Numbered from the stretch's first letter, positions 9,661 to 20,590 are shown. The stretch is 64,000 bases of DNA from Trypanosoma brucei (GCA_000002445.1 CH464491.1:2464001-2528000), one strand, 5' to 3'. Numbers and translations: made by a program. The notes: generated by a model from the sequence alone, not told the origin.

Positions 9661-12594
9661 ATGGCCGTCGGACTCTCATCGTCCAAAGGTGTTTTGGCAC
9701 TACTACGAGAATCAGACTCGGATGTGCTGCAGTTTGCGTTGAAGCGCCTGCGACCCTTGGTGGACACGTATTGGTGTGAGATAAGTGATGACCTTCCTTT
9801 AATTGAGAGTCTGAGTGAATCGAGTGATTTGGCAGAAGAAACGCGGGCCCTCGCTGCTCTTATTGCTTCGCATGTTTACTTTCACCTTGGTGCGTATAAT
9901 GACTCTGTGCATTGCGCCCTCGCTGCCGGGCCCGCGTTCAGCTATGTCGAGCGCTCACTCTTCACTGACACCATTCTCAGTTGCTGCATTGACAAATTTG
10001 TGGAGTACCAACAGAAGCCAGAAGGCGCGCGTGAAGAACTCGACCCTCGCCTTGAGTCGCTTTTCACAGCCCTCACCAGCAAATGGATTGGCCAAGAAGG
10101 CATGCCAGTGAAGGAACTTGTTGGATTTACCATTCGTGCACGACGCCTGGACTTTCTTGAAAAGGTTCTGCGTCAGCACATCAAATCTACCAAGTCTGCG
10201 GCGATCTTGAATTTCACATTCGAGGTGGCGAGTGTTCTTCTACGTGATATCGCTTTCCGACGGGAAATTTTAAAACTTCTTTCCGTTTTGTACGCACAAG
10301 GTGGTTTAACCACCGTCGACTACTTTTCTCAGGCACAGTGTCTTCTCTTCCTGGGAGACTCGACCGGAACTGCTGACCTTATTGAGGACCTAATCCGGTC
10401 GGGTGATAAGGCAACTGCATACCAACTCGCCTTCGATTTGCACGAGTACGGCAATCAAGAGTTTCTTTCCGCTGTTGCGGGTCTCATAGAAAAGAGGGCA
10501 ACTCTTTCTATACCCGCGCCGTCACAAGTGCAGCGGGTGGAAACGGCTACCGAAGACAAGTCCGGCAGTGGGGCCGATCATTCGACTTCGTCACAGGCAG
10601 CTGCAGGCCAGACAACGCAGGAGGGCGACAAAAAGGACATATCTGAAGTGCATCAGAAGCTTCTTTCCGCTCTTACTGGTGAGTTAACAGCGTCACTTTA
10701 CCTCCAGTTCTTGTCCGGTCAATGCAAAGCGGATAGCAATGTTCTCAACCGTATCAAGCAGACTACCGACCAGCGCAAGGCCGTGCCCCATAATGCTCTC
10801 ACAATAGCCCATGCACTGATGTACTGCGGAACTACGATTCACACATTTTTGCGCAACGATATGGAATGGTTTGGTGGTGCCACTTACTGGGGTAAGTTCA
10901 TCGCTACAGCCTCTATCGGGGCACTCCACTACGGACATGTTAATGAGGCACTCAAAATAATGGATTCATATCTCCCTAAGGACAACATCGGGGTGCTCCC
11001 ACACTCGGAGGCGGGTTCGCTTTATGCTCTTGGACTCATTCATGCCCCCGTTGGCGTGGGCCGCAATCAGGAAATAATTCTTTACTTGAAGGAAATGCTT
11101 CGCAAGTTCAGCGCAAGTGAGCACATTATTCACGGCGCATCGCTGGGCATCGGCCTTGCAGCCATGGGGTTGAAGGACGAGAAGTTGCACGATTCCCTCT
11201 TCACCTGTGTGGGCGGATGTGATGCCGTGGCCAGTGAAGGAGCGGCGCTTGGTATCGGTTTGCTCATGATGGGAAGCGGCAACTTGGGCGCCATTGGAAA
11301 CCTCAGGGCCCTCGCTTCTGAGGATAACCAAAAAGAAAAAACTATCCGTGGCATATCCATGGCTATGGCGCTGATGATGTTGGGTCGTGAGGATGAGTGC
11401 TGGTCTACGGCGAACGAGCTCCTCGAAGACTCCGATCCATGGGTACGGTTGGGTGGTTGTTTCATGCTCGGCTTAGGTTACGCAGGGGCTGAAAACACAA
11501 AAGTGTTGGAACGCCTTCTTAGTGTAACGGTGAAGGACACCTCCGATGACGTCCGCCGAAACGCTGCTACGATGATCGGATTTCTCACAATAAAGGATCC
11601 CGCATTGTGCGTGGAGCTGACCCGCGTGCTTGTGGACAGCTATAACCCACACATAAGATATGGTGTAGGAATGGCGCTTGCCGTCGCCGCTGCGGGAACT
11701 GGAATGCCAGAAGTTATTGATATACTGTGGGGACTGAAAGATGACATTGTAGATTTTGTTCGTCAGGGAGCGTACATTGCCCTTGCTCTGGTTATGGTCC
11801 AAGTAACGGAAGTGGAGAATCCAAAGGTGAAGGAGCTACGCGATATTTTTACTAAAATAATCGCGGGCCGCAAGGAAGATATGTGCTCCAAGTTCGGTTG
11901 CATTATAGCCACAGGTCTCTTAGACGCAGGGGGGCGCAACTGCACCTTTGCTCTTCATCGGCAGCGGCATCGTCTCGATAAGGCTGTTGTGGGCATGTTT
12001 GTATTCCTGCAGCACTGGTACTGGTTCCCGTATCTCCTGATGATCACACTAGCCATGCGTCCAACCTGTTTCATTGGCCTTAACAGCGACCTTGAGGTGC
12101 CAGAGTATGTCTTCAAATCCAATGCACCCGCAAGTCGCTTCGCCCTCCCTAAGAGTGTTTTGGCTGAGAAGAAAGAAGCAAAGGCCGCTGCTGTCAAGGC
12201 GGTGATCCTGTCTACAACAAAGAAAGAAGAGGAGTTTGTACGCTTAAAGCGCTCGGCGGTGGCTGGAAAGAATCAAGGAACGGGAGGGACTGGTGGTGCC
12301 GCTAATGCCGCAGCATCGCAATCCGGCGCCACCAAGGAGCAGGAAACGGAAAAGAAGAGGGAGCCGGAAGCTAATTTCGTGATACTATCGAACCCGGCCC
12401 GTATAACCGCACGCCAGTTTGCTGTCATTACTCACGACGTTGACAAGCGGTTCGTACCACTGAAGGAAAATCCTTCGTCTATATGCCTTCTGCGGGACAC
12501 AAACCCTGCGGAAGGAAAACCCAAGGTCATAACGGACTTGGGATGGAACAGCAGTGATGACGCGCCACCGCCAGAACCGTTTACATGGCCCTAG
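9661..12594 (+). CDS. RPN2: 26S proteasome regulatory subunit RPN2 (PSMD1)
   Basis: ATG at 9661, 977 aa. Multiple PC (proteasome/cyclosome) repeats of the form GAxLGIGLxxMG, with HEAT-like helices. Overall architecture and length are typical of RPN2. Confidence 0.85.
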   Translation: MAVGLSSSKGVLALLRESDSDVLQFALKRLRPLVDTYWCEISDDLPLIESLSESSDLAEETRALAALIASHVYFHLGAYNDSVHCALAAGPAFSYVERSLFTDTILSCCIDKFVEYQQKPEGAREELDPRLESLFTALTSKWIGQEGMPVKELVGFTIRARRLDFLEKVLRQHIKSTKSAAILNFTFEVASVLLRDIAFRREILKLLSVLYAQGGLTTVDYFSQAQCLLFLGDSTGTADLIEDLIRSGDKATAYQLAFDLHEYGNQEFLSAVAGLIEKRATLSIPAPSQVQRVETATEDKSGSGADHSTSSQAAAGQTTQEGDKKDISEVHQKLLSALTGELTASLYLQFLSGQCKADSNVLNRIKQTTDQRKAVPHNALTIAHALMYCGTTIHTFLRNDMEWFGGATYWGKFIATASIGALHYGHVNEALKIMDSYLPKDNIGVLPHSEAGSLYALGLIHAPVGVGRNQEIILYLKEMLRKFSASEHIIHGASLGIGLAAMGLKDEKLHDSLFTCVGGCDAVASEGAALGIGLLMMGSGNLGAIGNLRALASEDNQKEKTIRGISMAMALMMLGREDECWSTANELLEDSDPWVRLGGCFMLGLGYAGAENTKVLERLLSVTVKDTSDDVRRNAATMIGFLTIKDPALCVELTRVLVDSYNPHIRYGVGMALAVAAAGTGMPEVIDILWGLKDDIVDFVRQGAYIALALVMVQVTEVENPKVKELRDIFTKIIAGRKEDMCSKFGCIIATGLLDAGGRNCTFALHRQRHRLDKAVVGMFVFLQHWYWFPYLLMITLAMRPTCFIGLNSDLEVPEYVFKSNAPASRFALPKSVLAEKKEAKAAAVKAVILSTTKKEEEFVRLKRSAVAGKNQGTGGTGGAANAAASQSGATKEQETEKKREPEANFVILSNPARITARQFAVITHDVDKRFVPLKENPSSICLLRDTNPAEGKPKVITDLGWNSSDDAPPPEPFTWP

Positions 12595-13245
12595 CTTCAG
12601 TGGCATACCTTGTTAGGCTGAGGGATGGTAAGATTAAGGGGAAAGGGTGAAGAAGTATATATGTATGATTAGGCGCAGGGACGGTAAGGGTGTTATCGGC
12701 TCTCTCAGTCTTCCGTAGTTCTCTCCACTTTAATTATTGTTTTCAATGAAGTCAAAGACTCTTCTGTGCTTGTTTGTCTTTGTATTGGTGAGGGCGTGTA
12801 CGATTTGCGAGCAAACGAGTAGTTGACAAAGACCCTACCAGATTTGTGCGCTGCCCTCTGTCACGGAAGTTTTTTGAGCTACAGGTAGTGCGACAGAAGA
12901 GAGGAAAAAGAATAGAAGAAGGATGACATGAGAAACAAAGTGAACGAGGAAGGAACACGTTTGTTTGCTTCAAGAAGTTTCGCGAAATCAGCAGAAGTTT
13001 AGAGAACCTCCCATATTTTTTTGTTATTCGCCATCCGAGCCCGGTGACAGAGGGGCTACGTGAGGGGCAAAAGCGACGCCGTCTTGCCAAATCTGGTACT
13101 CTCTTTGTCAACCTGTCTGCACACTGCCCTCAGGTTGTTGATTCGTGGATATTGTCAAGCTTTCTCGTTACTGTTTTGCTCTATGTTTCTTTGTTGGTCG
13201 CCGAAGGAATTGTAGTGCAGTGAGGAAGACGAGCTGTTTTGTAGT

Positions 13246-14307
13246 ATGCTTCTGCAATTCAACTGGGACCGTCTTGACGTGACGGCCGCAGAGGCGATAT
13301 GCGCCCTTCTTAATGCAAAGCTTGAGGAGGAGCTTCTGCTGCGGCGCGCTGCGAACCAATCTGTCAATGCAAGCGGAGGTCAAGAGACTGCGAGTGCTGA
13401 CGCCGCTTGTGGCGTCGAATCACTACGAGTTACAAACATCGAGTGGGGAAATGTTCCTCCCTTCATTGAAGTAGTTGAGTTGGACGACGCTGTGGAGTTT
13501 GCCAGTAGCACCCCTCTATCTTTTGAGGCCCCACTAGGGCAACAGGACTTTGGGGGAACCATCTCAAGCGGTACATGCGGCGGTGGAGCCACGACACCTT
13601 TCTTTCTTCGTCCCTCACCTGCATCATCTGTCACTATGATGGATGGGATTAGCGAAACGGACTCAGGCATTGTGGGCAACCATGGTGGGATGCCGACTCC
13701 GTCAGTGCCGCCGGCGTCCGGGATACGCCCGGGAAACGGCCAGTCTCCGATCAATAGCTCAAGCGCACCGGTGAAGGACGCCTTCGCCGCGTATTTTGGT
13801 CCAAAGGGGTTGTACGTTTGTTTACATGTAACATACGGTGGACCCATGCGGGTTTCCGTGGCCTCCGTGCTGCGACACGATGTTCCACTGGGGCCCATCG
13901 CCATCCCCGTGCGGATGCCACTGCAGTTACACTTTTCGAAAATGGATATGGACTTCCACTTGTGCATTAACTTACATCGCAACACGTGCCGCGTATGGAT
14001 GGAACCGGGAAAGCTATTCACATCACCACTTAATAGAATGAATGTCATGGCGGTGTTCGGGGAGCGGCGACCGAGTTCTCAGCACATGGCAGAATTTCCC
14101 ACCAGCGGTCAGAACGCCGGTGACGACTTAGATACATCGGATGCATGGACGCATGTAGGGAGCAGCCGCATAGGCTCGGATGATGCAGAAGACATGGTGT
14201 TCATAGATGAGAGCATCATATCTCAGTTCGTTTTGAAGGAAGTACGGGCGATTCTGCAAGAGAAGATAATATACCCCCACTCTGTTGTGGTGCCACTGTC
14301 CCTTTAG
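13246..14307 (+). CDS. Hypothetical protein, Mdm12/Mdm34-like SMP (lipid-transfer) domain candidate
   Basis: ATG at 13246, 353 aa. N-terminus MLLQFNWDRL...ICALLNAKLEEELL matches the conserved F-x-(I/F)-N-W N-terminal signature of ERMES SMP proteins (Mdm12, Mdm34, Mmm1). A second conserved block lies near residue 60 (LRVTNIEWGNVPPFIEVVEL). A Gly/Ser/Pro-rich linker is followed by a hydrophobic C-terminal half. Confidence 0.45.
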   Translation: MLLQFNWDRLDVTAAEAICALLNAKLEEELLLRRAANQSVNASGGQETASADAACGVESLRVTNIEWGNVPPFIEVVELDDAVEFASSTPLSFEAPLGQQDFGGTISSGTCGGGATTPFFLRPSPASSVTMMDGISETDSGIVGNHGGMPTPSVPPASGIRPGNGQSPINSSSAPVKDAFAAYFGPKGLYVCLHVTYGGPMRVSVASVLRHDVPLGPIAIPVRMPLQLHFSKMDMDFHLCINLHRNTCRVWMEPGKLFTSPLNRMNVMAVFGERRPSSQHMAEFPTSGQNAGDDLDTSDAWTHVGSSRIGSDDAEDMVFIDESIISQFVLKEVRAILQEKIIYPHSVVVPLSL

Positions 14308-14881
14308 CTCCTTAACGCACTTAGCGTCTGCCTGCGAGTCAACTCCGTCGGTGGGTGTTGTAAAGTACGCATCGGCTAAAAAAAGAAAGCCGGCAACGGT
14401 TAAGTATAAAAAACAGAAGGTGGACCGGATTCACAGAGCGCTAACCCAAGAGTCATTATCGCTACAAAGCAGAGGAAGCGGGTGAATTGCGGTTAGGGAA
14501 GTAAAGAGGAACAGTACTATTTTTATTCTTTCTGCAAGGTGTGGGTAGAATATTATCTGAACTGTCCAGTTCAGTTCGTGTGTCTTCGAATTCGCTGTGG
14601 CTTTGGGCGGTGCGTTTGGCCGTCGTACTCTCCTCCTCCTCTTACATAGCGGGCACCAGTAATTTTTTTTTTGCTTCTTCTTTGTTTTGCTACTTTATGC
14701 AATAGTAGTAATAAGGAAGGGGGTGCTAAAGTTGAAAAGTTTCTTAATCGTGATTCAACAACCAAGCGGAAGCAGAAACACCGCTCAGAGTTGCGAACAA
14801 ACGTGTGCATTCCTAGTGACGAAAGAAAACAAAAGGTTTACATTGGAGAGGCAGCATTGCATATACTTAGAGCAAGAACTC

Positions 14882-17800
14882 ATGCTAGAGTTTAGGCCCC
14901 AGCATACACCGGATTCAGCGGCTCACAAAATCAACCAGGTAGCATGTGCAACTCCAGACTCGGTGCCTACGAGCGTCTCCTGGCGCAAGGAAGAGGAGAC
15001 ATCCGGAGAGGTGACTAGGGCAACAATGATTTCATCAGATGCGCGAGAGGTGTCGCACATTGCGCGCATGGCGTCAGAACGGGGGCGAGTCGACATTTCT
15101 CAGGCACGCAATAGTTCACCTAGAGGAACAGCTACCGCGGTTAACGCCGTTGAGGTTGAACTTCAGCGGCGGCTTGATGTAGTGAAGGCGGCTGTTGAAA
15201 AGGCTGACAAGGTGGTCGACGTTGCACGCGGAAGATGTGCAGAGGTGATATCCCGAGAGGAACGTCGACGCGCCATGGTTAAGCTGGAAATTTCGAAGTT
15301 GATTCTTTTCGTTGGACGGAACTACAACATACTTGACGAGTTAGAGCTTACATTGGGTAGTGTGCTCGAAGTATCCGAACTTCCTGTTTACCACAGCGAC
15401 AAATATTCTGAAGTTCCCTTTTCCGCGCGGGAGATACCTCCATATTTGTCTCTGGAAGATCTGGAGCGGGCTAACAGAGAAATGATGGCCCGGTTGATGA
15501 AAGAGCGAACCAAGCGGGCAAACGATCCGCCTCATGCCTCGTTGCTGGGGAAACGGGTCAACTCTAATTTGGATGAAGTGATGTGGCTCATAGACTCCCT
15601 TGAGGAACCTCCCTGTTCTGAAGAGCAGTTCGGGGAAACTGTCGGGACAGGTGAAGAAGAAGAATGTGAGAAGTCACCTGTGGCTGTGTCACAGCGAAGG
15701 AGTCAGGCTATAACTTCTACCAGTGCTGCGAGAGAGACTAGGACGAGCGGAGTACGCGGGGCATCCTCGTCAGGGAACGCAACTCTTTGCTCGTCACGCG
15801 TGGAGATGGACAGCAGCATTGTTAACTTCTCCTTAAGTAGTGAGTCGTTTCCCATTGCCACGGGGGAAACCAGGGATCTGAAGCTGCTGAAATTCATGTA
15901 TGATGCTGCTAAGGCTACTGTGGAGGAAGCTGCGGCGGCGGAAGCGTTTGGTGCGTTCAGTGGCGCGCAACTCGGAACGACCTTTCGAAGCACGTCCAAT
16001 AGGTTGCAGCCCGCGAGAGACTCTTTCTGCACGCAACAATTATCCGGTGCGCTGTCGGGCACGATTGGTCTTAACTCACCCAGTAAGATTGACAGCGGGT
16101 GCAAAGAGCTGTCGTTTACTTCTAGTCGGCCGCCATCGGGGATGTTTGAAGACCGGGAATCATTTAGTTTGGAGCAGCATATTTCAGATAGGGCGCTACC
16201 GACGGCGGCAGCACCGTGGCGAGGTTCACATAATCCAAGTACAGTCGTTATAGATCATCTTGATCCCGAAGTGTTCACCGTTCTGGGGGAGCTGTACAAA
16301 GCCTATGACTACAGGCAATTTTTCCGCGATATCCAAAACAAGCACCTAATGAGGGGTAAGACGGATGACGAGTACGAGGCGGAAATAGAAAATCTGCTTA
16401 CACAGCACATGGATGACAAGCGCAAACGAGCTGCTAACAGTGTTAAGGACGAGTTGATCATCAAAAAATGGGGAGGGGTGGCCAGCGAAGCATCTCGGGC
16501 ACCGACACCAAGACAAGAGGTTGAGTTTGTTTTACCAGCTCGTCGGGAGGAAGAGGAGGAAACAGAGGAAGCAGAGAAAAAGTCCTGGTTGCAGTCAGTG
16601 GTAGAAAGTATGTCGCCACTTTCCTCCGCGCCGACCCCAGTGGAGGAAGTGCCGTCCCCATCTTTTCTCTCACAAATCCCTGTCGATGCGTTGGTGTTTG
16701 CGAGAGACATGAACAACGGTGTTGTTTTCTTCATTAGAGGTCGAAACGAGGAAGCTTCGAACGATGAAAAGACTCTGGAAGGTAAACGAAAGGGGAAGAA
16801 AGGTAAGGCGAAAAAGGATGGTGATCAAGAGGATCGCAATGCAGCAGGAGGTCCTCCAGTATATGACAGTTACACCCTGTATGTGACCAATCAGTCAGAT
16901 ACGAATCTGACGGTGGTGGTGGACATTGAGAAGACTAAGGCCCGCAAATTGAGAATGAGTGCACACGTGAATTATGCAATCCCGCAGGAGTGCATCGTTA
17001 TAGCTCCACCACCCGGGAGTCTCAAATCACTACTTACATTCTGTCCCAAAAAAAGGCAACAAATTGATTTTGGTGAAATACTTAGCTTTCGTGAGGGGAC
17101 GGCCAGGGGTGAGGTAGGCGGTACAGTAGGCGAGGAAGAAAAGCTTCAACTAAAAGCTTCATCTGGTGTATCCGCTCGAACTAAGGTTTCGGGTACTACC
17201 AAGGACTCCACAGTGAAAGAAGCTGGCGAGCCGGTAGCCGCCACCGAAGTTAGTAGCGAACGAGAGACCGCCGGCACCAGAGCTGAAGTCAGCGATGCGG
17301 CACCCACTACTCAGCCTTCAGTGACTGCCACCACAAAGGAGGAGGTGTCCCATAAGGAAGCGGACGCAGGTGAAGTGGTGAAGATCCTCGATGAGGAAGC
17401 TGACAGCTATGTAGCAGTTGGAGGTGGTAGGCGTACTAAAAAGAGGGCCGGTTGTGCGGCGATCTTATCAAAGTACCCTTCTACACGGGGTGCGGAGTGG
17501 GAGGCCAATGCACCTGAGAGCACCACCGCTGAGAGCGCTGGCTTTACTGAAGAAGGAGAGGCTTCGATACCCCCTGGTCCACCGCGTGGAGAAAGGGAAC
17601 CGAAGGGTGAAGAGGCCTCATCGCGTTCAAGAGCACGAGCGCGCGAAGCGAGTGGAGCAGCGAATAGGGCCTCTTTCCAGCAAGCAGTTGGTCGTACCCG
17701 TGAAACAGTTGAAAAGGTTTGGCCCACAGGCACTGCGCCTGTTGATCACTGGGGTGTGCCCCTCTCTAACGAAGAGGATGAGGCATTTGAAAAGAATTGC

Positions 17801-20590
17801 GTTGCGTTGACCATACTGCAGGGTGGCATGTGGTCAGAAGTGGACCCTTCGCATGGGATGGTTGGTGAAGAACCATTTGGTGGGTCGGGTGAAATTCCGA
17901 AGGAAGAAGCTGACAAACTCCTTGATACAAGTAATGCGGATGAAGAGGAACTGGTTAGCAAAATTCTTAACGCTCCCACCTCTGGTGACATGCACACACT
18001 GTCTGGTGGGCAACTGACTGAAATGGATAGCGCCGAGGGGATGGCAGCGGCCTTTCTCGGGCGCATCGCAGCCGAAGAGCATTTGGATGCGAGTAATTTT
18101 GAGCGCGGAGGAGTTTCGCCCCGTCGGTTGCCCTCTGACAGTTCGGGGGTGCCACAAACGACTTCGCACGCTGAGCAAGTCGGCGACGAGGCTGCTGTTT
18201 CTTTAGCTAGAAAAGGCAAACGTGTGAAGAATGCTACTTCCTCTGCTGATGGCGAACATACACCCAGATCGCCTACCAGGGCGCGAAGAGGAAGTGGAGA
18301 GAGAGAAGGTGTATCCCGTTCTAGCGCTGTAGGGTCACAAAGACTCAGTCCTGGTGCTAAAGGGGGAAAGGGTCGAAAGGAAGGGGTTGAAGGCAGCGCA
18401 GCTCAAGGTGGTGAAAGTTCTATTTCAACCAATGAGACCTCTGAAGCCAGGACGGGCGTTGGTTCCGGGAGAAGAGCTGATGGCAAGGTGGGAGCTGATG
18501 CCGGAAGAAGAGCTGATGGCAAGGCAAGGGCTGATGCCGGAAGAGGAGCTGATGGCAAGGCAAGGGCTGATGCCGGAAGAGGAGCTGATGGCAAGGCAAG
18601 AGCTGATGCCGGAGGAAGAGCTGATGCCAAGGCGGGTGCTGGTGCCGGAGGAAGAGCTGATGCCAAGGCGGGTGCTGGTGCCAGGGCGAGGACAAGTTCT
18701 GATGCTCGCGCAAGCGCTGATACCGGGGAAACCTCTGATACTGAGGCAAGCATTGGTGCCGGTACCTCTTCAAGAGAGGTTGAACACGGTGGAGTGAGGA
18801 AGAGCAAACTTCGGAGCTTGTCGAAGACGTCAGTCTACGGGAGTGCGAAAATGAAGAGGTACAGCCTAAGGACTCCACCCACCAGCGGCCGTTTCCAAGC
18901 AAGTTCAGGCACAGTGACAGATGGTGAACAACACGGTGATACCACTGCAACCGAAAGTTGTAGAGGAAGCGACAGCACTTCCCACACCCCACGCGGCCAA
19001 CCGTCCCATAGGGGGGTCCTCAGCGCCACGAGAAGCTCCTTTATTGCATCAGTCGATGATAAGTCATCGTGGAGGTCGTCAGTAACGCCTCGTGCCGATA
19101 GTAAGAGCGTTTCAGCATCAGCGCTGAAACATCTATTGGACCAGGTTAGGGTGAGTGAAAAGAAGGACGCAGAGGCACCAACGGGCTTCATTATGGAAAA
19201 GGGGGTTACAGAATATAGTTCACTGTTGCGCAAAGGTGTGCAGGGCGTACAACGCCACCTCTTTCCGGATCGTCAAAAAGTATGCACCAAGTCAAACACC
19301 CACGGCCGTGTGGCTGTGTACGTTCCCGACGACATGGTTGCAGGCACGCTAGTATCGACCGCTGCCAGGGACAATTACTATGGGAAGATGTCGAGACTGT
19401 CCGGCGCATTAACCTCCAATGGTCAAGCCGAAAACATTGTAGAATCACTTCGTGATGATCTTCACGACGTGGCGAAGACGTGCTTCGTCCGCAACAGGAG
19501 GGGGAACCAGAGAGCAGTATTCGGACAGCAAGGAGGTACTGGAGTCTCTGGAGGTAGCAAACGTGCCTCCAGTTATGCGGATAAGGCAGGTATCACATCC
19601 CTCCCCTTACTTTGTGCTCCTGATGTTGTGGAAGAGGTAAGAGACCTCAAAGTTGCGGGGGAAGAGGCACGGGACCTCTTCATTCGAGACCCCACTCGCT
19701 ACGACTGTGTCATCGACGACATCGTTCAACGTGCCATTCAGAGGGTGAACGGGGACGATACCAACTTCACGGCTCTAACAGGAGGCAGAAACGAATTCAG
19801 CATCAAAGGAACTGGGTTAGGGGGGGCACGTGAGACATTTGTATCCTCCAACTCCACCACTGGCGGTTCCCTCTCGGGTCACGGTGTCGGTGCAGTGCGA
19901 GGTTTCAGAGATAACAGAGGGAGGGATGTTGCGCACTCAAACGGCTTGGGTGCTTCTCCCCGTGGGGGCCCGAAACGTGGCGGCGGGTTGGAAGCTCAGT
20001 TGGCAGGAAGTTTCCAGCGGCTCCTCGACGAGCAAAACCGAGCGAAAAGGATTATCGCGTACGTGCTTATGGAAATGAGGCGCATGTGGAGGTTGAGGAG
20101 GCTGGAGGGTGACATCGCCCTCCGCGCGGCTGTGGATCGCTTTGTGTTCCGCTCACTTTCCTTCACCTGGCGCATCGAGCGCCGCCGAGTCCTCAACCTC
20201 AACAAACTAATCAATCTGCTGGACCGTCGCACAGGTCGCGTGAAGGGCTGGGTGCCGTTCTATACCAAAGACAATGTTTTAGTTGACCATTACCTTTGGG
20301 AACCCGTGCCACCGGAGCTCTCACACCAGATGAAGGTTGTCCATCATGCCATGTGTTTAGCACGGCGGCAGGAACTGCTTCCTCTGCGAACGGTGCGACA
20401 TCTTTCTACGTCGGATCAAAGCTCGCACCATCTGATGTTCGGTTACTCAAGGAGGTTGCTAGACCCCTTTAGAAACACAGCAGTGCAACTGAGGAATGAG
20501 AGGCGTGCACGTCATGCTGCATACTTCCAAAGGTCTTTGAGGCGCTTTTCTCCACAAACTGAATATCTGGTGGGGACGCCAAAGAACTAA
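14882..20590 (+). CDS. Large hypothetical protein (about 1900 aa) with an internal 12-aa tandem repeat and a conserved-looking basic C-terminal domain
   Basis: Track start 14687 is TTG; the first ATG is at 14882 and later ATGs are possible. Long low-complexity acidic/Ser-rich regions. Tandem repeats at 18466-18700. The C-terminal 200 aa are Arg-rich and non-repetitive. Confidence 0.6.
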   Translation: MLEFRPQHTPDSAAHKINQVACATPDSVPTSVSWRKEEETSGEVTRATMISSDAREVSHIARMASERGRVDISQARNSSPRGTATAVNAVEVELQRRLDVVKAAVEKADKVVDVARGRCAEVISREERRRAMVKLEISKLILFVGRNYNILDELELTLGSVLEVSELPVYHSDKYSEVPFSAREIPPYLSLEDLERANREMMARLMKERTKRANDPPHASLLGKRVNSNLDEVMWLIDSLEEPPCSEEQFGETVGTGEEEECEKSPVAVSQRRSQAITSTSAARETRTSGVRGASSSGNATLCSSRVEMDSSIVNFSLSSESFPIATGETRDLKLLKFMYDAAKATVEEAAAAEAFGAFSGAQLGTTFRSTSNRLQPARDSFCTQQLSGALSGTIGLNSPSKIDSGCKELSFTSSRPPSGMFEDRESFSLEQHISDRALPTAAAPWRGSHNPSTVVIDHLDPEVFTVLGELYKAYDYRQFFRDIQNKHLMRGKTDDEYEAEIENLLTQHMDDKRKRAANSVKDELIIKKWGGVASEASRAPTPRQEVEFVLPARREEEEETEEAEKKSWLQSVVESMSPLSSAPTPVEEVPSPSFLSQIPVDALVFARDMNNGVVFFIRGRNEEASNDEKTLEGKRKGKKGKAKKDGDQEDRNAAGGPPVYDSYTLYVTNQSDTNLTVVVDIEKTKARKLRMSAHVNYAIPQECIVIAPPPGSLKSLLTFCPKKRQQIDFGEILSFREGTARGEVGGTVGEEEKLQLKASSGVSARTKVSGTTKDSTVKEAGEPVAATEVSSERETAGTRAEVSDAAPTTQPSVTATTKEEVSHKEADAGEVVKILDEEADSYVAVGGGRRTKKRAGCAAILSKYPSTRGAEWEANAPESTTAESAGFTEEGEASIPPGPPRGEREPKGEEASSRSRARAREASGAANRASFQQAVGRTRETVEKVWPTGTAPVDHWGVPLSNEEDEAFEKNCVALTILQGGMWSEVDPSHGMVGEEPFGGSGEIPKEEADKLLDTSNADEEELVSKILNAPTSGDMHTLSGGQLTEMDSAEGMAAAFLGRIAAEEHLDASNFERGGVSPRRLPSDSSGVPQTTSHAEQVGDEAAVSLARKGKRVKNATSSADGEHTPRSPTRARRGSGEREGVSRSSAVGSQRLSPGAKGGKGRKEGVEGSAAQGGESSISTNETSEARTGVGSGRRADGKVGADAGRRADGKARADAGRGADGKARADAGRGADGKARADAGGRADAKAGAGAGGRADAKAGAGARARTSSDARASADTGETSDTEASIGAGTSSREVEHGGVRKSKLRSLSKTSVYGSAKMKRYSLRTPPTSGRFQASSGTVTDGEQHGDTTATESCRGSDSTSHTPRGQPSHRGVLSATRSSFIASVDDKSSWRSSVTPRADSKSVSASALKHLLDQVRVSEKKDAEAPTGFIMEKGVTEYSSLLRKGVQGVQRHLFPDRQKVCTKSNTHGRVAVYVPDDMVAGTLVSTAARDNYYGKMSRLSGALTSNGQAENIVESLRDDLHDVAKTCFVRNRRGNQRAVFGQQGGTGVSGGSKRASSYADKAGITSLPLLCAPDVVEEVRDLKVAGEEARDLFIRDPTRYDCVIDDIVQRAIQRVNGDDTNFTALTGGRNEFSIKGTGLGGARETFVSSNSTTGGSLSGHGVGAVRGFRDNRGRDVAHSNGLGASPRGGPKRGGGLEAQLAGSFQRLLDEQNRAKRIIAYVLMEMRRMWRLRRLEGDIALRAAVDRFVFRSLSFTWRIERRRVLNLNKLINLLDRRTGRVKGWVPFYTKDNVLVDHYLWEPVPPELSHQMKVVHHAMCLARRQELLPLRTVRHLSTSDQSSHHLMFGYSRRLLDPFRNTAVQLRNERRARHAAYFQRSLRRFSPQTEYLVGTPKN
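18466..18700 (+). repeat. In-frame 36-nt tandem repeat (about 5 copies, then two 42-nt variants) encoding (G/R)RADGKARADAG
   Basis: Direct reading: ggaagaggagctgatggcaaggcaagggctgatgcc repeated head-to-tail. It lies inside the 14882-20590 CDS. Antisense and alternate-frame ORFs over this region are repeat shadows. Confidence 0.9.

Noticed and set aside
18403-18992. Antisense and alternate-frame ORFs over the repeat arrays (18354-18797+, 18403-18807-, 18420-18992-, 59138-60121+, 59215-59760+, 59247-59888+, 59556-60053-)
   Set aside because: These are shadows of in-frame tandem repeats, open in several frames, with low-complexity translations. They lie entirely inside the better-supported long CDSs.
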